From an uncultured Actinomycetota bacterium (GTDB lineage: Bacteria > Actinomycetota > Actinomycetes > JAFAQI01): a stretch of 64,000 bases of DNA. The stretch lies in assembly GCA_963770565.1 (NCBI GenBank), contig CAVYQE010000011.1, positions 608,001-672,000 of the forward strand, read 5' to 3'. The notes beneath the pieces are model-generated. The model had not been told where the DNA came from and did no database searches. It worked only from the letters and a program-made list of their open reading frames with translations. Positions within the stretch are counted from its first letter, which is position 1, and each line of letters starts with the position of its first letter. Both the position numbers and the translations under genes were made by a program. Below, piece by piece: positions 49,318 to 62,967 of the stretch.

Positions 49318-50280
49318 GTGTCAGAGCACGTGCAACGTTCCGGAACTGGCTCGCTCGGCTGGGCCGGCGTCGTACTCGCCGGCCTCGTCCTCATGGTCGG
49401 GTCTGGGTGCGCGGCACCAGCCGGCCAATCCGTTGCTCAGGCCCAGAATCGGCGCGGGCCGGCGGTTCAGCCGGTGGCCTCCGCCGGTCCCGACCGCACG
49501 GAGGTCGGTCGGCGTGCGGTTCCGCGACCATCGCACACGATCGTCGTGATGATGGAGAACCATTCCTACTCGGACGTCATCGGTAACTGGCAGGCGCCGT
49601 ACCTCAACTCACTCGCTACCCACGGTGCGTTGTTCACGCACTCGTCCGCGATCACCCATCCGAGCGAGCCGAACTACCTGGCGCTGTTCTCCGGCTCCAC
49701 CCACGGCGTGACGAGCGACTCGTGCCCGCACACGTATCGGACCGGCAACCTCGGCTCCGAGCTGATCGCCGCGAAAAACACCTTCGCCGGGTACGCCGAG
49801 GGCCTGCCGAAGGCCGGTTACGCCGGTTGTTACGTCGGCGCCTATGCGCGCAAGCACGTGCCGTGGGTGAACTTCAGCGACCTGCCGACGTCGACCGACC
49901 AGCCGTTCTCCGCCTTCCCCGCGCGGTTCAGTGCGTTGCCGACGCTGTCCTTCGTGATCCCCAACCTCAACCACGACATGCATGACGGCACGATTCGCCA
50001 AGCCGACAACTGGATGAAGCACCGGCTTGGCAAGTACGTCGCGGCCGCGGAGCGGCACGGTGGCCTGGTTGTCATCACCTGGGACGAGGACGACGGAAGC
50101 GTGCCCAACCGGATCCCCACCATCGTGGTCGGCGGCGACGTCAGGCCTGGGCGCTACGCGGAGCGGATCGACCACTACCGGCTACTGCGCACGCTCGAGG
50201 CGGCGTACCGCTTGCGACCGCTCGGAATGAGCGGTCATCGCAAGCCGATCACGAACATCTGGAGCTACCCGCACGGCTGA
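49318..50280 (+). CDS. Secreted/lipoprotein acid phosphatase (phosphoesterase family, SapM-like)
   Basis: MMENHSY, THPSEPNYLALFSGST, RKHVPW, DMHDG, TWDED, HYRLLRTLE; start uncertain. Confidence 0.88.
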   Translation: MSEHVQRSGTGSLGWAGVVLAGLVLMVGSGCAAPAGQSVAQAQNRRGPAVQPVASAGPDRTEVGRRAVPRPSHTIVVMMENHSYSDVIGNWQAPYLNSLATHGALFTHSSAITHPSEPNYLALFSGSTHGVTSDSCPHTYRTGNLGSELIAAKNTFAGYAEGLPKAGYAGCYVGAYARKHVPWVNFSDLPTSTDQPFSAFPARFSALPTLSFVIPNLNHDMHDGTIRQADNWMKHRLGKYVAAAERHGGLVVITWDEDDGSVPNRIPTIVVGGDVRPGRYAERIDHYRLLRTLEAAYRLRPLGMSGHRKPITNIWSYPHG

Positions 50281-50284
50281 TCGA

Positions 50285-50706
50285 TCAACGTCGGGCGCAC
50301 GGCGTCGTGGCTGCCAGCTGCACGAAACTGCGCGCGTCGGCAGCGCTGATGCCGCCTGAATACGCCGCCACGATGCGTGCGGTCTGGTCGACGTCGTGAC
50401 CGGTGCGCAGTTGGCCGCAGATCCAGTTGCCGGACTTGGTGACTCCGTTGGGATCGGCGCCGGCAAGGGCCGCGAGGGGTTTGCCGGCCCGTCCGGCGAG
50501 GGCAGCGGCTACCAGAGCATTGGCGGTCGTGGCGGGGCGGCGGACGTGGCCGAGGTCGACGACGGCGTGTTGGCAAGCGCGAAGCTCGTCACGAGTGAGA
50601 TCACGGCGACGACCAGATCGACCACCAAGAGCCGGGTCGCCCCGCGCCGGAACCGGCCGCCTGCCTTCGCGGTCGTTCGTACGCGGATGCGACGGATCGG
50701 GTTCAT
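50285..50706 (-). CDS. Membrane-anchored DUF732-like protein, apparently frameshifted near 50534
   Basis: Frame 1 gives a TM segment (LLVVDLVVAVISLVTSFALA); after a C4 run another frame gives GNWICGQLRTG...ARSFVQLAATTPC, resembling DUF732. Confidence 0.45.
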
Positions 50707-50826
50707 CTCGAGTCCCTGATGACGAGCGCCAGATGTGCGGACGCGCTCGAGGATCGGGTGCCGAGGTCAGAGGACCGTCACAGCAGTGTTCGAACTTCGT
50801 TAATCGCGACCGGCCCGGCGCTTCGG

Positions 50827-51507
50827 TCAGCTGGGCCGGTGCGCGGTGACCGCGAGCCGGGAGCCGATGAAGATCCTGGCGATGATCAGCAGCGCCGCGC
50901 CGTACAACGCGATCTGCAGGATCGGGCCGGCTAGCGGGCCATGGCCGTCCAGGCTCTCCTCGATCAACCGTCGAGCGCCGTAGAAGGGCAATGCCTTGGC
51001 GACCGTGGAGTCGGGCTTGACGGCCAGCTGGATCCCGACGACGCCGATCAGCACGAGCGTGCCCTCGAGCTCGCGCGGCACGATCGACGCGATCGCGATC
51101 CCGAACGGCACCGACTGCAGGCCGACGAAGGTGACACCCAGCAGCAGGACGCCCGGGCTGCTCGGGTGGGATATCCCGGCCATCAGGGCGGTGAAGGCGC
51201 CCGCGATCACGATCGCGACCGGACCAAGGAAGGCGAGCCGGCCCACGAGGAGCTCGATCGGGCGGTAGCCACCGAGGATGAGCCGCTGGTCGACCTCGAC
51301 GGAGGAGAGCGCGGAGAACAACGTCGCGCCGCCGACCGCGAACGCCATCGCCACGCCACCGGTCGACACCGCGTCGCGCCCGGTGCCGACCGAGCTGAGA
51401 TAGAAGGAGGCGGGCAGCAGGAGGAGCAGGCCGAGCGCCACGTGTCGCCGGAGCAGGTCGCGGCCGTGCATCTCGGCCATGATCAGGATCCGGTTGATCG
51501 TCGTCAT
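50827..51507 (-). CDS. ABC transporter permease
   Basis: About six hydrophobic segments; ATGA overlap with the ATPase gene. Confidence 0.75.
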   Translation of the reverse strand: MTTINRILIMAEMHGRDLLRRHVALGLLLLLPASFYLSSVGTGRDAVSTGGVAMAFAVGGATLFSALSSVEVDQRLILGGYRPIELLVGRLAFLGPVAIVIAGAFTALMAGISHPSSPGVLLLGVTFVGLQSVPFGIAIASIVPRELEGTLVLIGVVGIQLAVKPDSTVAKALPFYGARRLIEESLDGHGPLAGPILQIALYGAALLIIARIFIGSRLAVTAHRPS

Positions 51508-52133
51508 CGGTGCACCTTCGGTCGTAGCGGGTGCGGGCTGAGTTCGACCACCCGGTGGACCCGTTCGAGCTCCGCCAGCATGTGTGTCACGACGACGATC
51601 GCCTTGCCCTGCGCGGCCCAGGTCTGGCAGTGGTCCCAGAAGTTGACGTAGGTGCCACGGTCGAAGCCCTGGTAAGGCTCGTCGAGGAGCAGGATGCCGG
51701 GATCCGACATCAGTGCCAGCGCGAGGTTGAGCTTCTGTCGGGTGCCGCCCGACATCTGCGTCGTGACCGTGTTGTGCTCGGCCGCGAAGTCGAGCTCGCT
51801 CAGCAGCTCGTTGCCCTTCGCAAGTGCGGCCGTGCGGGACAGGCCGATTCCGCGGCCGAACATCACCAGGTGCTCGTCGGCGTTGAGCAGCTCGAACAGG
51901 CTCGGGCTCTGTGGGCAGTAGCCGATGCTCGCCGACACCGTCACCTGACCCGAGTCGGCCCGGGTGAGCCCGGCACAGATTCGCATCAAGGTGGTCTTGC
52001 CGGCACCGTTCTCCCCGGTGAGAGCAACGATCTCGCCGGCGTGGACGGTCAGATCGACGCGATCGAGGATCGGCGTCTGTCCATAGCGCTTCGAGACCTG
52101 GGTCACGACAAGCTGGCCCGGACATGCCGACAT
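51504..52133 (-). CDS. ABC transporter ATP-binding protein
   Basis: GENGAGKT, MSGGTRQK, LLLDEP, VTH. Confidence 0.92.
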   Translation of the reverse strand: MSACPGQLVVTQVSKRYGQTPILDRVDLTVHAGEIVALTGENGAGKTTLMRICAGLTRADSGQVTVSASIGYCPQSPSLFELLNADEHLVMFGRGIGLSRTAALAKGNELLSELDFAAEHNTVTTQMSGGTRQKLNLALALMSDPGILLLDEPYQGFDRGTYVNFWDHCQTWAAQGKAIVVVTHMLAELERVHRVVELSPHPLRPKVHR

Positions 52134-52168
52134 ACATCGAGAGTCGCGACCGGAAGACTCGGTTGCCA

Positions 52169-52182
52169 GGGACTTAGGTCCC
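52169..52182. promoter_or_regulatory. DosR/DevR-like box
   Basis: GGGACTTAGGTCCC, 13/14 match to GGGACTWWAGTCCC, just upstream of the ABC ATPase start. Confidence 0.6.
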
Positions 52183-52204
52183 GATGAGGACGACGAAGGG
52201 CCGG

Positions 52205-54961
52205 TCACGCCGCGTTCGGCGCGGTCGGATGCCGGCGCCGGAGGACGGCACGGCGGATCTCGTCGGCGCCCCACACGATGAACGGGTACGGCGCGACGAT
52301 GGCCAGGTCGGTCAGAGGCAGCGCCGCCGTCCCGAAGGTCGAGTGCATGACCGGAAGGTAGACCAGGCCGAGCGCGAAGGCGATCGCGACGCCGACCCCG
52401 CCGAGGAGCGGGCGGTTGCTCAGTACGCCGACCGACCACAGTGAGGCGCGCTCGGTGCGAACCGCGAACGCGGTCCCGACCTGGCAGGCAACGACGCCGA
52501 GCCATGCCACCGTCGTCGCCCGGCGATAGGTGAGGTGCAGTGCGGAGCCGGTGCTGGTGGCCGCGCCGGGATGCCACCCGCCGTGACGCAGCACGAGGAA
52601 GAAGCCGAACATCGTCAGCGTGGCCGAGATCAAGCCCATGAAGCCCCAGGCCCGGACCAGGACGGCCCGGGTGATGACGTTCTCGCCGCGCGGACGGGGC
52701 GGGCGCTCCATCAGACCGGGCTCGGCCGGCTCACGACTGAGGGCGAGCGCAGGAAGGGTGTCGGTACCTAGGTCGATCGCGAGGACCTGCATGACGGTCA
52801 ACGGGATCGGCATCGCGCCGCCGGCGAGCGCGAAGGCGAGGAAGGGAACCACCTCGGGCACCGCGTGGGTGAAGATGTAGGTGATGAACTTCTGCACGTT
52901 GTTGTAGGCCCGCCGGCCGGCCTCGATCGCGCTCACGATGGTGGCGAAGTTGTCGTCGGTCAACACCATCGTTGCGGCTTCCCGCGCGACGTCGGTGCCG
53001 GAGGCTCCCATCGCGATTCCCACGTCCGCGCGCCGCAGCGCGGGCGCATCGTTCACGCCATCACCGGTCATGGCGACGACGTGACCGAGCGAACGCAGCG
53101 CGTCAGCGATCCGGAGCTTTGCCTCGGGCGAACTGCGCGCGAAGATGATCTCTTCCGGACCGCCCAGGGTGGCGTCGAGCTCGCTGTCGGTCATTGCTTC
53201 CAACTCGCGACCGGTGATCATCCGTCGCGCGCCGGTGCCGATCCCGACCCGCCGGGCGATCTCCGCCGCGGTCAGCGCATGGTCGCCGGTCACGACGTGG
53301 ATCCGGATGCCGGCTGCGTGGGCGCGCGCAACCGCGTCGGCGACCCCCTGTCGCGGCGGATCGAACATCGCCACCAGGCCCAGCAGCTCGAGGTTGATCT
53401 CCGCGTCCTGGCGGCCGATGTCCTCGGATCGGTCGATGGTGCGTTGCGCGATCGCGAGGACGCGGAGTCCTTGCCGGGCCCAGGCATCGACCTGGTGGTC
53501 GACGGCGTTGCGGTCGCTGGCGGTCAAACGGCGGATACCAGAACCGTCGTCGAGGTGGTTGCACAGCGGCAGCACGGTCTCGGGCGCACCCTTGGTATGC
53601 AGAACAAGCCGGCCCGAATCGTCGGCATCGAGCGTCGACATCCGGGCCAGCCGAACGTCGAAGGAAAAGCTCTGGCGGCGCTGCGCGTCACGCCGTACCG
53701 GAGCGAGCGGGACACCCGCCTGGGTAGCCAACTCCGCGATCGCGACCTCGGTCGGGTCGCCGACCGGCTTGCCGTTCTCACCGATTTGCACGGACGCGCA
53801 CCACGCGCCTGCAGCGGCGAGTTGCTGAACCAGGCGCGGCCACTCGGCCGGGAGCACGCCGCCCTCGAGGTCGAGCGAACCGGCCCCGGTCCACACGCCG
53901 ACCACTTGCATTCGGTTCTCGGTGAGGGTGCCGGTCTTGTCGGTGCAGATCACGCTCGTGGCACCGAGGGTCTCGACCGCCGACAGACGCTTGACGACCG
54001 CTCCGCGGCGGGCCAGGTCGCGGACGCCGACCGCGAGCGCCAGTGTGATCGTCGGCAGTAGGCCCTCTGGCACGTTGGCGACCAGCAGTCCGATCGAGAA
54101 GCTCAGCGCAGCGCCGAGGGTCAACCCCGCGGCGAGGCCGAGCGGCAGGAACGCAGTTGCCATGACGATGGCGACCGCGCCGATCAACAGGGCCACCCGC
54201 CGGACCTGCTGCTCGAGCGGCCCGATGTCGCGATCGACGCGGGCCGAGAGGGCCGCGATCCGGCCGAGTTCGGTGTGCATCCCGGTCGCCGTGACAACCG
54301 CGCGACCCGTACCCGACGTGCAACTGGTCCCGGTGAAGACGACGTCGGTCGCCTCGAGCAGCGGCACGTGTGGGTCTGCGTGACCGGCACTGCGGGTTAC
54401 CGGTTGCGACTCGCCGGTAAGGGTGGACATGTCGGCCTCGATCGCGCCGTCGACGAGGCGTCCGTCGGCGCTGATCCGTTCCCCTTCACCGATCAGTACG
54501 ACGTCACCGGGCACGAGGTCGCGGGCGTCGAGTTCCGTGACCATCCCGTCTCTCAGCGCTCTGGCTCGTGGTGGCAGGTAGGAAGCCAACGCCTCGACCG
54601 CACGTTCGGCCTGCATTTCTTGCGCGAACGCGAGGGCTGCGTTGATGAGAATCACGGCGACGATGGCGATGGCGAGCCGGGGAGTGCGGTTGATCAGTGA
54701 CAACGCTGCGGCCACCGCCAGCAGCAGCGCCAACGGGTGGGTGAACTGTGCGACCAACTCGGCCGGCCACTGCCTCGTCCGGCGCCGTGACAGTTCGTTC
54801 GCGCCGACCGCCAGTAGTCGGCGCTCCGCCTCGCGGGTCGACAGGCCGGCTCGCGATGTCCGGAGGTCGCGCAAGAGCGTGCTGAGCGGCTCGTGCGCGG
54901 CCTGGTCCGAGCTGAGCCCGGTGTGGATGCTCGCGAGCGGCGGTTGCGTGGTCGACGTCAC
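52205..54961 (-). CDS. Cation-transporting P-type ATPase (P2 type, Na+/K+-ATPase-like)
   Basis: [42 protein letters not shown]. Confidence 0.94.
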   Translation of the reverse strand: MTSTTQPPLASIHTGLSSDQAAHEPLSTLLRDLRTSRAGLSTREAERRLLAVGANELSRRRTRQWPAELVAQFTHPLALLLAVAAALSLINRTPRLAIAIVAVILINAALAFAQEMQAERAVEALASYLPPRARALRDGMVTELDARDLVPGDVVLIGEGERISADGRLVDGAIEADMSTLTGESQPVTRSAGHADPHVPLLEATDVVFTGTSCTSGTGRAVVTATGMHTELGRIAALSARVDRDIGPLEQQVRRVALLIGAVAIVMATAFLPLGLAAGLTLGAALSFSIGLLVANVPEGLLPTITLALAVGVRDLARRGAVVKRLSAVETLGATSVICTDKTGTLTENRMQVVGVWTGAGSLDLEGGVLPAEWPRLVQQLAAAGAWCASVQIGENGKPVGDPTEVAIAELATQAGVPLAPVRRDAQRRQSFSFDVRLARMSTLDADDSGRLVLHTKGAPETVLPLCNHLDDGSGIRRLTASDRNAVDHQVDAWARQGLRVLAIAQRTIDRSEDIGRQDAEINLELLGLVAMFDPPRQGVADAVARAHAAGIRIHVVTGDHALTAAEIARRVGIGTGARRMITGRELEAMTDSELDATLGGPEEIIFARSSPEAKLRIADALRSLGHVVAMTGDGVNDAPALRRADVGIAMGASGTDVAREAATMVLTDDNFATIVSAIEAGRRAYNNVQKFITYIFTHAVPEVVPFLAFALAGGAMPIPLTVMQVLAIDLGTDTLPALALSREPAEPGLMERPPRPRGENVITRAVLVRAWGFMGLISATLTMFGFFLVLRHGGWHPGAATSTGSALHLTYRRATTVAWLGVVACQVGTAFAVRTERASLWSVGVLSNRPLLGGVGVAIAFALGLVYLPVMHSTFGTAALPLTDLAIVAPYPFIVWGADEIRRAVLRRRHPTAPNAA

Positions 54962-54965
54962 GGCC

Positions 54966-55823
54966 TCACCCGTGACCCGCTCGGTCTGGTCGGACCCGGC
55001 CACCGCCCGCAACCCGGGCCCGGCTCCCGTGGCGGGCGCGATCAAGGAGGTTGACGAAGGTGTAGTGGTGGCTCTGATAGAAGCTGATGATCGCCGGTAG
55101 AGCCTGCACGGTGGCGGGCTCACCGCCTTCGGGGTCGTGCATGAGGATGACCGGGTGGGTCTGGCTGACTCCGGCCTCGGCCCGGGACGTGATCCGGTCG
55201 ACCCAGGAGGCGGACGCCGACCCCTCTGCCTTCCAGTCCTCGGTGTCGACCGACCAGAGCCAGACGGCGAGGTGCCGCTCGGCGGCGAGCTTGAGCGTGG
55301 TGTGGTCATACGTGCCGAACGGCGGGCGCAGCAGGCAGGGCATGGCGCCGACGAGGTGCTTCTGCTTCTTGCTGGTGCGGTCGAGCTCGCGTTCCTGTTC
55401 GGCCTGGCCGAGGTCGGCGAGGTCGTGATGGTCCCAGGTGTGGTTGCCGAGCGCGTCGCCGTCGGCGTACTCCCGGCGAAGCAACGACCGCCCGGCGTCC
55501 ATCTGTTCGCCGATGTTGAAGAACGTCGCGGTCACGTGGTGGAGCTTGAGGATGACGAGAATCTCCTTCGTGCTCCTACCCGGGCCGTCGTCGAAGGTGA
55601 GCGCGACCGTCCGGCCGGAGCCGGGCGCGGTGTGGCGTACTCGTTTCGAGGCCGGGCAGGTGTTTGCTCGCCGGACGGTCGGCAGCCGGGGGTGGGCGGA
55701 ACCCACCGCCCGGCTTGGAACGACCGGCGCGACGAGGGCCACGAGCGCGAGGATCAGCAGCCAGGGCAGGCGCCCGGCCGGGCGGAACATGTTCGGCAGG
55801 CTCCGGAAGGTCGGCGAGGTCAT
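54966..55823 (-). CDS. Secreted polysaccharide deacetylase (CE4/NodB)
   Basis: TFDDGP, HTWDH, RPPFG, DTEDW, ILMHD. Confidence 0.9.
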   Translation of the reverse strand: MTSPTFRSLPNMFRPAGRLPWLLILALVALVAPVVPSRAVGSAHPRLPTVRRANTCPASKRVRHTAPGSGRTVALTFDDGPGRSTKEILVILKLHHVTATFFNIGEQMDAGRSLLRREYADGDALGNHTWDHHDLADLGQAEQERELDRTSKKQKHLVGAMPCLLRPPFGTYDHTTLKLAAERHLAVWLWSVDTEDWKAEGSASASWVDRITSRAEAGVSQTHPVILMHDPEGGEPATVQALPAIISFYQSHHYTFVNLLDRARHGSRARVAGGGRVRPDRAGHG

Positions 55824-55843
55824 GGTCGGCTTTCGGGTCGGGG

Positions 55844-56693
55844 TCAGTAGATGACGACGGTGGTGCCGATCGGTGCGATGTCGTGCGCCCAGATCCAGTC
55901 GATTGCCTCGTTGCTGATACGTACACAACCATGTGACACCGGGTACGGCGGCACCGAGGAGTCACCGTGGATCGCGAAACCGCCGCTGAAGAACTTCGGT
56001 CGCCACAGCTGGCCGAGCGGGTCGGTCACGAGGCCGTCGACCTGGCGGTAACACGTGGAAGGTCCCGGTCGGGGTCTGCGCAACCGCGCTGACTCCGTTC
56101 TCGGTGTAGGTGTAGCCGCCGCCGGTCGAGGTGTTGAGAACGTGGGTCAGCGCGCCGTTGCGCACCACCATGACGAGATCAGCCTTGAGGTCGACCTCGA
56201 TCGCGTCGCCCTGTGTCGTGCGTGGCACGGGCAGGACTCCCTTGCTGAGCGCGCGCGCGGTGTGTGCCCCGACCACTCCGTCGCGAGTGAGGCCGGCCGC
56301 CTTCTGGAGCGCGTATACGGCCTGTTCCGTGCTGTCGCCGAAGTTGCCGTCCGGGCGCCCGAGCCAGTATCCGAGTGCGCTCAGCTGCTGTTGGAGCGCG
56401 AGGACCGCAGGCCCGGTGTCGCCCGGGCGGAGCTGCTGCGCTCGTTTGGTCGGGTGGTGGTGGTTCGCCGTCGGCGACCGGTGGGTCGCGCTCGGCGATG
56501 GTGTCGCGATCGACGGTGTAGGCCAGGGAGTCTGGCTGACGCCGCCGGGGCCCGCTGTCGGGCTCACGCTCGGCTGGTTCGCCGGGCCGGACGAATGGTC
56601 GGTCGCTTCCGCGCACCCGGCGATGGCGCTCGCGAGCACCACGAGCGCGAGCAGGGCGCCCGTGGACCGTCGGCGGAGAATGCCAGACGTCAT
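55844..56693 (-). CDS. Lipoprotein L,D-transpeptidase (YkuD) with peptidoglycan-binding domain; +1 frameshift near 56051
   Basis: Lipobox IAGC; PG-binding LQQQLSALGY..DGNFG..DGVVG; removing one T from GTGTTAC restores TFHVYRQVDG...AIHG...SHGCVR. Confidence 0.85.
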
Positions 56694-57106
56694 GGGTCCC
56701 GACGCCTTCCGCGGCTGTCGGGAGGTCCGGGTGCTTCGGGACCGGGGGTGAGGTGAACCGCGGCTTCCTCCGCCGCGAGCCCGCCGGTGTCGCCATCCGC
56801 CAGGGTGGGATCGCCGTCGATGACGAGACGGCCGGCCGGCCGGCTCGACGTGACGCGGTCGGGATCGACCGGTCGATGGGTCATCGGGATGTCCGGCAGT
56901 TCCCTCTTCAGCCGAGCGGTGAGCGGTTCGGGGTGGGACTCCTCGTACTCGGTGGTGCCATAGTCGGTGACGGCCAATGGCGTATCGCGTGGGGAATCCT
57001 CGACGTCCTCAGCGACGAACGGTTCATCTGCGTCGGTCACCCAGCTGCCGAGGTCGGGGCCGTCGGTCCACGGCTCTTCGGGGTCCGAACGTTGGTCGGT
57101 TTGCAT
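56690..57106 (-). CDS. Acidic DUF5709-like protein
   Basis: YGTTEYEE..PEPLTARLKRELPD, AGRLV, GGLAAEEAAVH; GGAAGGAG RBS. Confidence 0.65.
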   Translation of the reverse strand: MQTDQRSDPEEPWTDGPDLGSWVTDADEPFVAEDVEDSPRDTPLAVTDYGTTEYEESHPEPLTARLKRELPDIPMTHRPVDPDRVTSSRPAGRLVIDGDPTLADGDTGGLAAEEAAVHLTPGPEAPGPPDSRGRRRDP

Positions 57107-57158
57107 GGGGACTCCTTCCATCAATTCCCACCATGGACCGAGCAATGACCGCAAGATA

Positions 57159-57293
57159 GGGACCTTTGGCCCGCGCTGCGCAGCCAGAGGCCCCTCGCCG
57201 GAAATTGCCCCGCCGTGACCCTGACCAGCACGCATGCCTCAGCGGCGACTCTGCGCGCGGCGGTGGGCACCGAGGAATCCGGACCTAAGACCC
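57159..57293. promoter_or_regulatory. Two DosR-like boxes in the divergent promoter region
   Basis: GGGACCTTTGGCCC (57159-57172) and CGGACCTAAGACCC (57280-57293; reverse complement GGGTCTTAGGTCCG), each 11/14 to the core in its better orientation. Confidence 0.5.
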
Positions 57294-57355
57294 TGTCTCG
57301 AGGGCCCGGGTTAGGCAACGGTGTAGCAAGGTGGACAGAACAGGAGAACTGCTTC

Positions 57356-57805
57356 ATGCCGCGCGTGCCCGACCTGCTGCACCGCTTCCTGCCGGCCGGC
57401 GCGCCGGGAGCGGCCGGCGCGGCCGCGGTACCCATCGACCGGGTCGCGGTGGAGACCGCCGAGCTCGCGCAGTTGTTCGCCGAGCTTGCCGCGACCGAGT
57501 CCGAGTGCGATGCCATCATCAGCCATGCCCGCGATGAGGCGGCCGCAGCCGTCCGAGACGCGGCAGGTCGGGCCAATGAGATCGCTGAAACAGCAGACCA
57601 ACGCACTGCGGCCGAGCTGGCCGAGGCGATCGGACGGGCGCGAGCGGGGCTGCGGACCGACGCGGCCGATCAACTGGCTGCAGCCCACGCGCAGGCCGCC
57701 GAGCTACGCGACCATGCGAGCGCACAGATCCCGGAGTACGTGACTCGTGCCGTGGGGGCGGTGGTCGACCTGATCCACGCGGCCGGCCCGGCAGGTACGC
57801 CGTGA
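57356..57805 (+). CDS. V/A-type ATP synthase peripheral-stalk subunit (G/H-like)
   Basis: Ala/Glu/Arg-rich coiled coil; first gene of the operon; CAGGAG RBS. Confidence 0.6.
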   Translation: MPRVPDLLHRFLPAGAPGAAGAAAVPIDRVAVETAELAQLFAELAATESECDAIISHARDEAAAAVRDAAGRANEIAETADQRTAAELAEAIGRARAGLRTDAADQLAAAHAQAAELRDHASAQIPEYVTRAVGAVVDLIHAAGPAGTP

Positions 57806-58711
57806 GCACTGCCTGGGTCGCCGTCGGTGTGCGCTCCACGGCCATGAAGCGGCGGCGTATCGGCCGGGAAGCGGTCCGCCGGCTGGCCGCCGTTGGATCA
57901 CTGGGCGAAGCGCTGGCAGCGCTGGCCTCCGGGCCGTACGGGCACGAGGTGCGCACCGGCCAGTCCCTTGCCGAGGCCCAGCGCGCGGTCGTCGCAAGCA
58001 TGGTGTGGAACCTGCGGGTGCTGGCCGGTTGGGCACCGCGGTCCGGCGTGCTGATGCTGCGAGCGTTCGCGGCCACGGTCGAGATTGCCAACGTCGACGA
58101 CCACCTGCGGTCGCTCGCCGGCGCTCTGACGCCCCCGCCGTACGTGCTGGGAGCGCTGTCTACGGCGTGGCCGCGGTTGGCGAGCACCTCAACCACGGCT
58201 GATCTGCGGGGTGCCCTGGCGACCTCGCGCTGGGGCGATCCGGGCAGCGACGATCCGCATGACATCGCGGTGTATCTGCGACTGTCGCTCGCCGGGCGGA
58301 TCCGTACCGATATCCCGCAGGCCAGGGCCTGGGCGGCCGGAGCGGCGGCTCTCGTGCTGGCCCGCGAGGTGGCCTTTCACCGCACTCCATTACCCGATCG
58401 CGCTCGGCGGATAGCGTCGCGAACCGTCGGTCCGACCGCGGCCGCGGCGAGAGCGCTGCCCGAGCTGGCCGCCCACCTGCCGGTCGACGCCCGCTGGGCA
58501 CTCGCCGACCTGGACGCACCGGCGGACCTCTGGCGAGCCGAGCTCGCGTGGTGGCAGCGGGTCGACCGCGATGCGAACACGTTGGGAAGAGCCGGTGTGA
58601 CGGTCTCGGACGTGCTGCTCGGCGCCACGACGATGTTGGCGGTCGACGCCTGGCGGGTGCGGGCGGCGCTCGAGGTTGCGGCACGCGGCAACGGCCGGCC
58701 GGAGGACTTCG

Positions 58712-58725
<14 letters not shown>
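57802..58725 (+). CDS. ntpC: V/A-type ATP synthase subunit C (d)-like
   Basis: Position and size in the operon; SLGEALAALASGPYG and EIANV patterns; sequence is divergent. Confidence 0.6.
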
Positions 58726-60751
<2,026 letters not shown>

Positions 60752-60755
<4 letters not shown>

Positions 60756-61258
60756 CCACGGAGACCGCGGTCGCGCTCGAGCCGCTGCGTGCGGCGCTGC
60801 TCCGGCGCGCCCGCGAAGCCGCCGCCGACCTGCGGGCCGACGCCGAACGACAGGCTCGCGCGATCGTGGACGCGGCCGAGCAGCAGGCGGCGGCGCGACT
60901 GGCTCAGGTCCGCTCGGAGGGCGAGGCGGTCGCCGCGCAGCTGGAGGCACAGGAGCGCGGCCGATCGCACCAGGCGGCGCGCGGGGTCGTCCTCGCCGCC
61001 CAGCGGGCGGTCTATGACGACGTACGTTCGCAGACCCGGGACCGGGTGCGGGAGCTGCTCGCCGACCCCGAGCGGTATCAAGAGTTGGCCGAGACGCTTC
61101 GCCGCGAACTCGGCCAGGACGCGGCCATCAGCGAGCACCCCGGCGGAGGAGTGCTCGCGGAGGCGCCGGACGGGCGCCGGATCGATGCGTCCGTCGACGT
61201 ACTCGTCGACCGTGCGCTGAGCAACCTCGCACTGGAGCAACTGTGGTCGTCCCGGTAG
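60752..61258 (+). CDS. ntpE: V/A-type ATP synthase subunit E
   Basis: N-terminal coiled coil, C-terminal GGVLA...GRRIDAS. Confidence 0.75.
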
Positions 61259-62967
61259 CCGGACAGGTGCTCCGGGTCAGCGGCCCGCTGGTGGAGGTCA
61301 CCGGGCTCGACGGCGTCGCGATGTCGGAGTTGGTGGGGCTCGGTCATGACGAGCTGCCCGGCGAGGTGGTGGCGATCCGTGACGGCGTTGTCTCGGTCCA
61401 GGCCTATGAATACACCGGCGGAGTAGCCGCGGGAGATCCGGTGGTCGTCCTTGGTCAGCCGCTGTCGGCTCAACTCGGGCCGCACCTGCTCGGTGGCGTC
61501 TTCGACGGGCTGCTGCGTCCGCTCTCGACTGCATCGGTGTGGCTCACGGCCGGTGCGGCGCACGATGCCGACCGAGCTGAGTGGACCTGGCAGCCCGTCG
61601 TCGATGACGGCGACCTGATCGGCGCGGGCGGAATGCTCGGGACGGTGCCCGCTGCCGGCGGCGTCGACTACCGCGTGCTGACCGCGCCAGGCGTCGCCGG
61701 CCGGATCGAGGGGCTCGCACCGGCGGGGACCTACCCGGCCGATCATCAGGTGGCGGTGGTCGGCGGCACCAGTGTCACGATGAGCCAGCGGTGGCCGGTT
61801 CGCCGGCCCCGACCGGTGCATGAGCGGCTCTCACCATCGGACCCGTTGATCACCGGTCAGCGCGTCCTCGACGCGGTGTTCCCGGTGACCCAGGGCAGCA
61901 GCGCCGCGGTCCCGGGCGGCTTCGGCACCGGAAAAACGATGCTGCTCCAGCAGATCGCCAAGTGGTGCGACGCCGATGTCATCGTCTATGTCGGTTGCGG
62001 CGAGCGCGGCAACGAGATGGCCGACATCCTCGCCGAGCTGGGCAAGCTGGCCGACCCGCGCACCGGCCGGCGGCTCGCCGAGCGGACCGTGATCATCGCG
62101 AACACCTCGAACATGCCGATGATGGCTCGGGAGGCCAGCATCTACACCGGTGTCACGGTCGCCGAGCACTTCCGCGACATGGGCTACCACGCCGTTGTCA
62201 TCGCGGACTCGACGTCCCGCTGGGCCGAGGCGTTGCGGGAGTTCTCGTCCCGGTCGGGCGCACTGCCGGCCGAGGAGGGCTACCCGGCCTCGCTCGCGAC
62301 CGCGCTGGCCGCCTTCTATGAACGCGCCGGTCGGGTCGTGACGCTCGGTGGCGCCACCGCCTCGGTCACGATCATCGGCGCGGTCTCCCCACCCGGTGGC
62401 GACACCACCGAACCGGTGACCGCCCAGACCGAGCGCTTCGTCCGGGCGCTGTGGAGTCTCGATCGAGATCTCGCCTACGCGCGCCACCACCCGGCAGTCG
62501 GCTGGGCCGGTTCCTTCTCCCGCGACGCCGACTCGCTTGCATCCTGGTACGCCGGTAACGGCGATCCGGGGTGGGGGACCCGCCGGGCCCGGTTGATCAC
62601 CCTGCTCGCGGAGGCCGACCGCCTCGGTGAGCTTGCCGAACTCGTCGGAAGCGGTTCGCTGCCGGGCCACGGGCGAGTCATACTCCTGGCCGGCCGGCTG
62701 TTGCGCGAGGGGGTGCTGCAGCAGAGCTCGCTATCGGCGAACGACGCGCACTGCTCGGCGGTGAAGACCGCGGCGCTCGTGGACGCCGTACTCGATGTCG
62801 TCGACCGCTGCGACGCGTACGTCGAAGGAGGAGGGTCGGCCAGCGAGATCGAACAAGTCGACTTCACCGCTTTGCTGCGCGCCGCGGAGGAGACGCCGCC
62901 GGACGACCAGGCCGGGATCGCCGCGCGCCGCCAACAGGTGCTTGACACGCTGGCGGCATTGCGATGA
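61243..62967 (+). CDS. ntpA: V/A-type ATP synthase catalytic subunit A
   Basis: [52 protein letters not shown]. Confidence 0.96.
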   Translation: MVVPVAGQVLRVSGPLVEVTGLDGVAMSELVGLGHDELPGEVVAIRDGVVSVQAYEYTGGVAAGDPVVVLGQPLSAQLGPHLLGGVFDGLLRPLSTASVWLTAGAAHDADRAEWTWQPVVDDGDLIGAGGMLGTVPAAGGVDYRVLTAPGVAGRIEGLAPAGTYPADHQVAVVGGTSVTMSQRWPVRRPRPVHERLSPSDPLITGQRVLDAVFPVTQGSSAAVPGGFGTGKTMLLQQIAKWCDADVIVYVGCGERGNEMADILAELGKLADPRTGRRLAERTVIIANTSNMPMMAREASIYTGVTVAEHFRDMGYHAVVIADSTSRWAEALREFSSRSGALPAEEGYPASLATALAAFYERAGRVVTLGGATASVTIIGAVSPPGGDTTEPVTAQTERFVRALWSLDRDLAYARHHPAVGWAGSFSRDADSLASWYAGNGDPGWGTRRARLITLLAEADRLGELAELVGSGSLPGHGRVILLAGRLLREGVLQQSSLSANDAHCSAVKTAALVDAVLDVVDRCDAYVEGGGSASEIEQVDFTALLRAAEETPPDDQAGIAARRQQVLDTLAALR

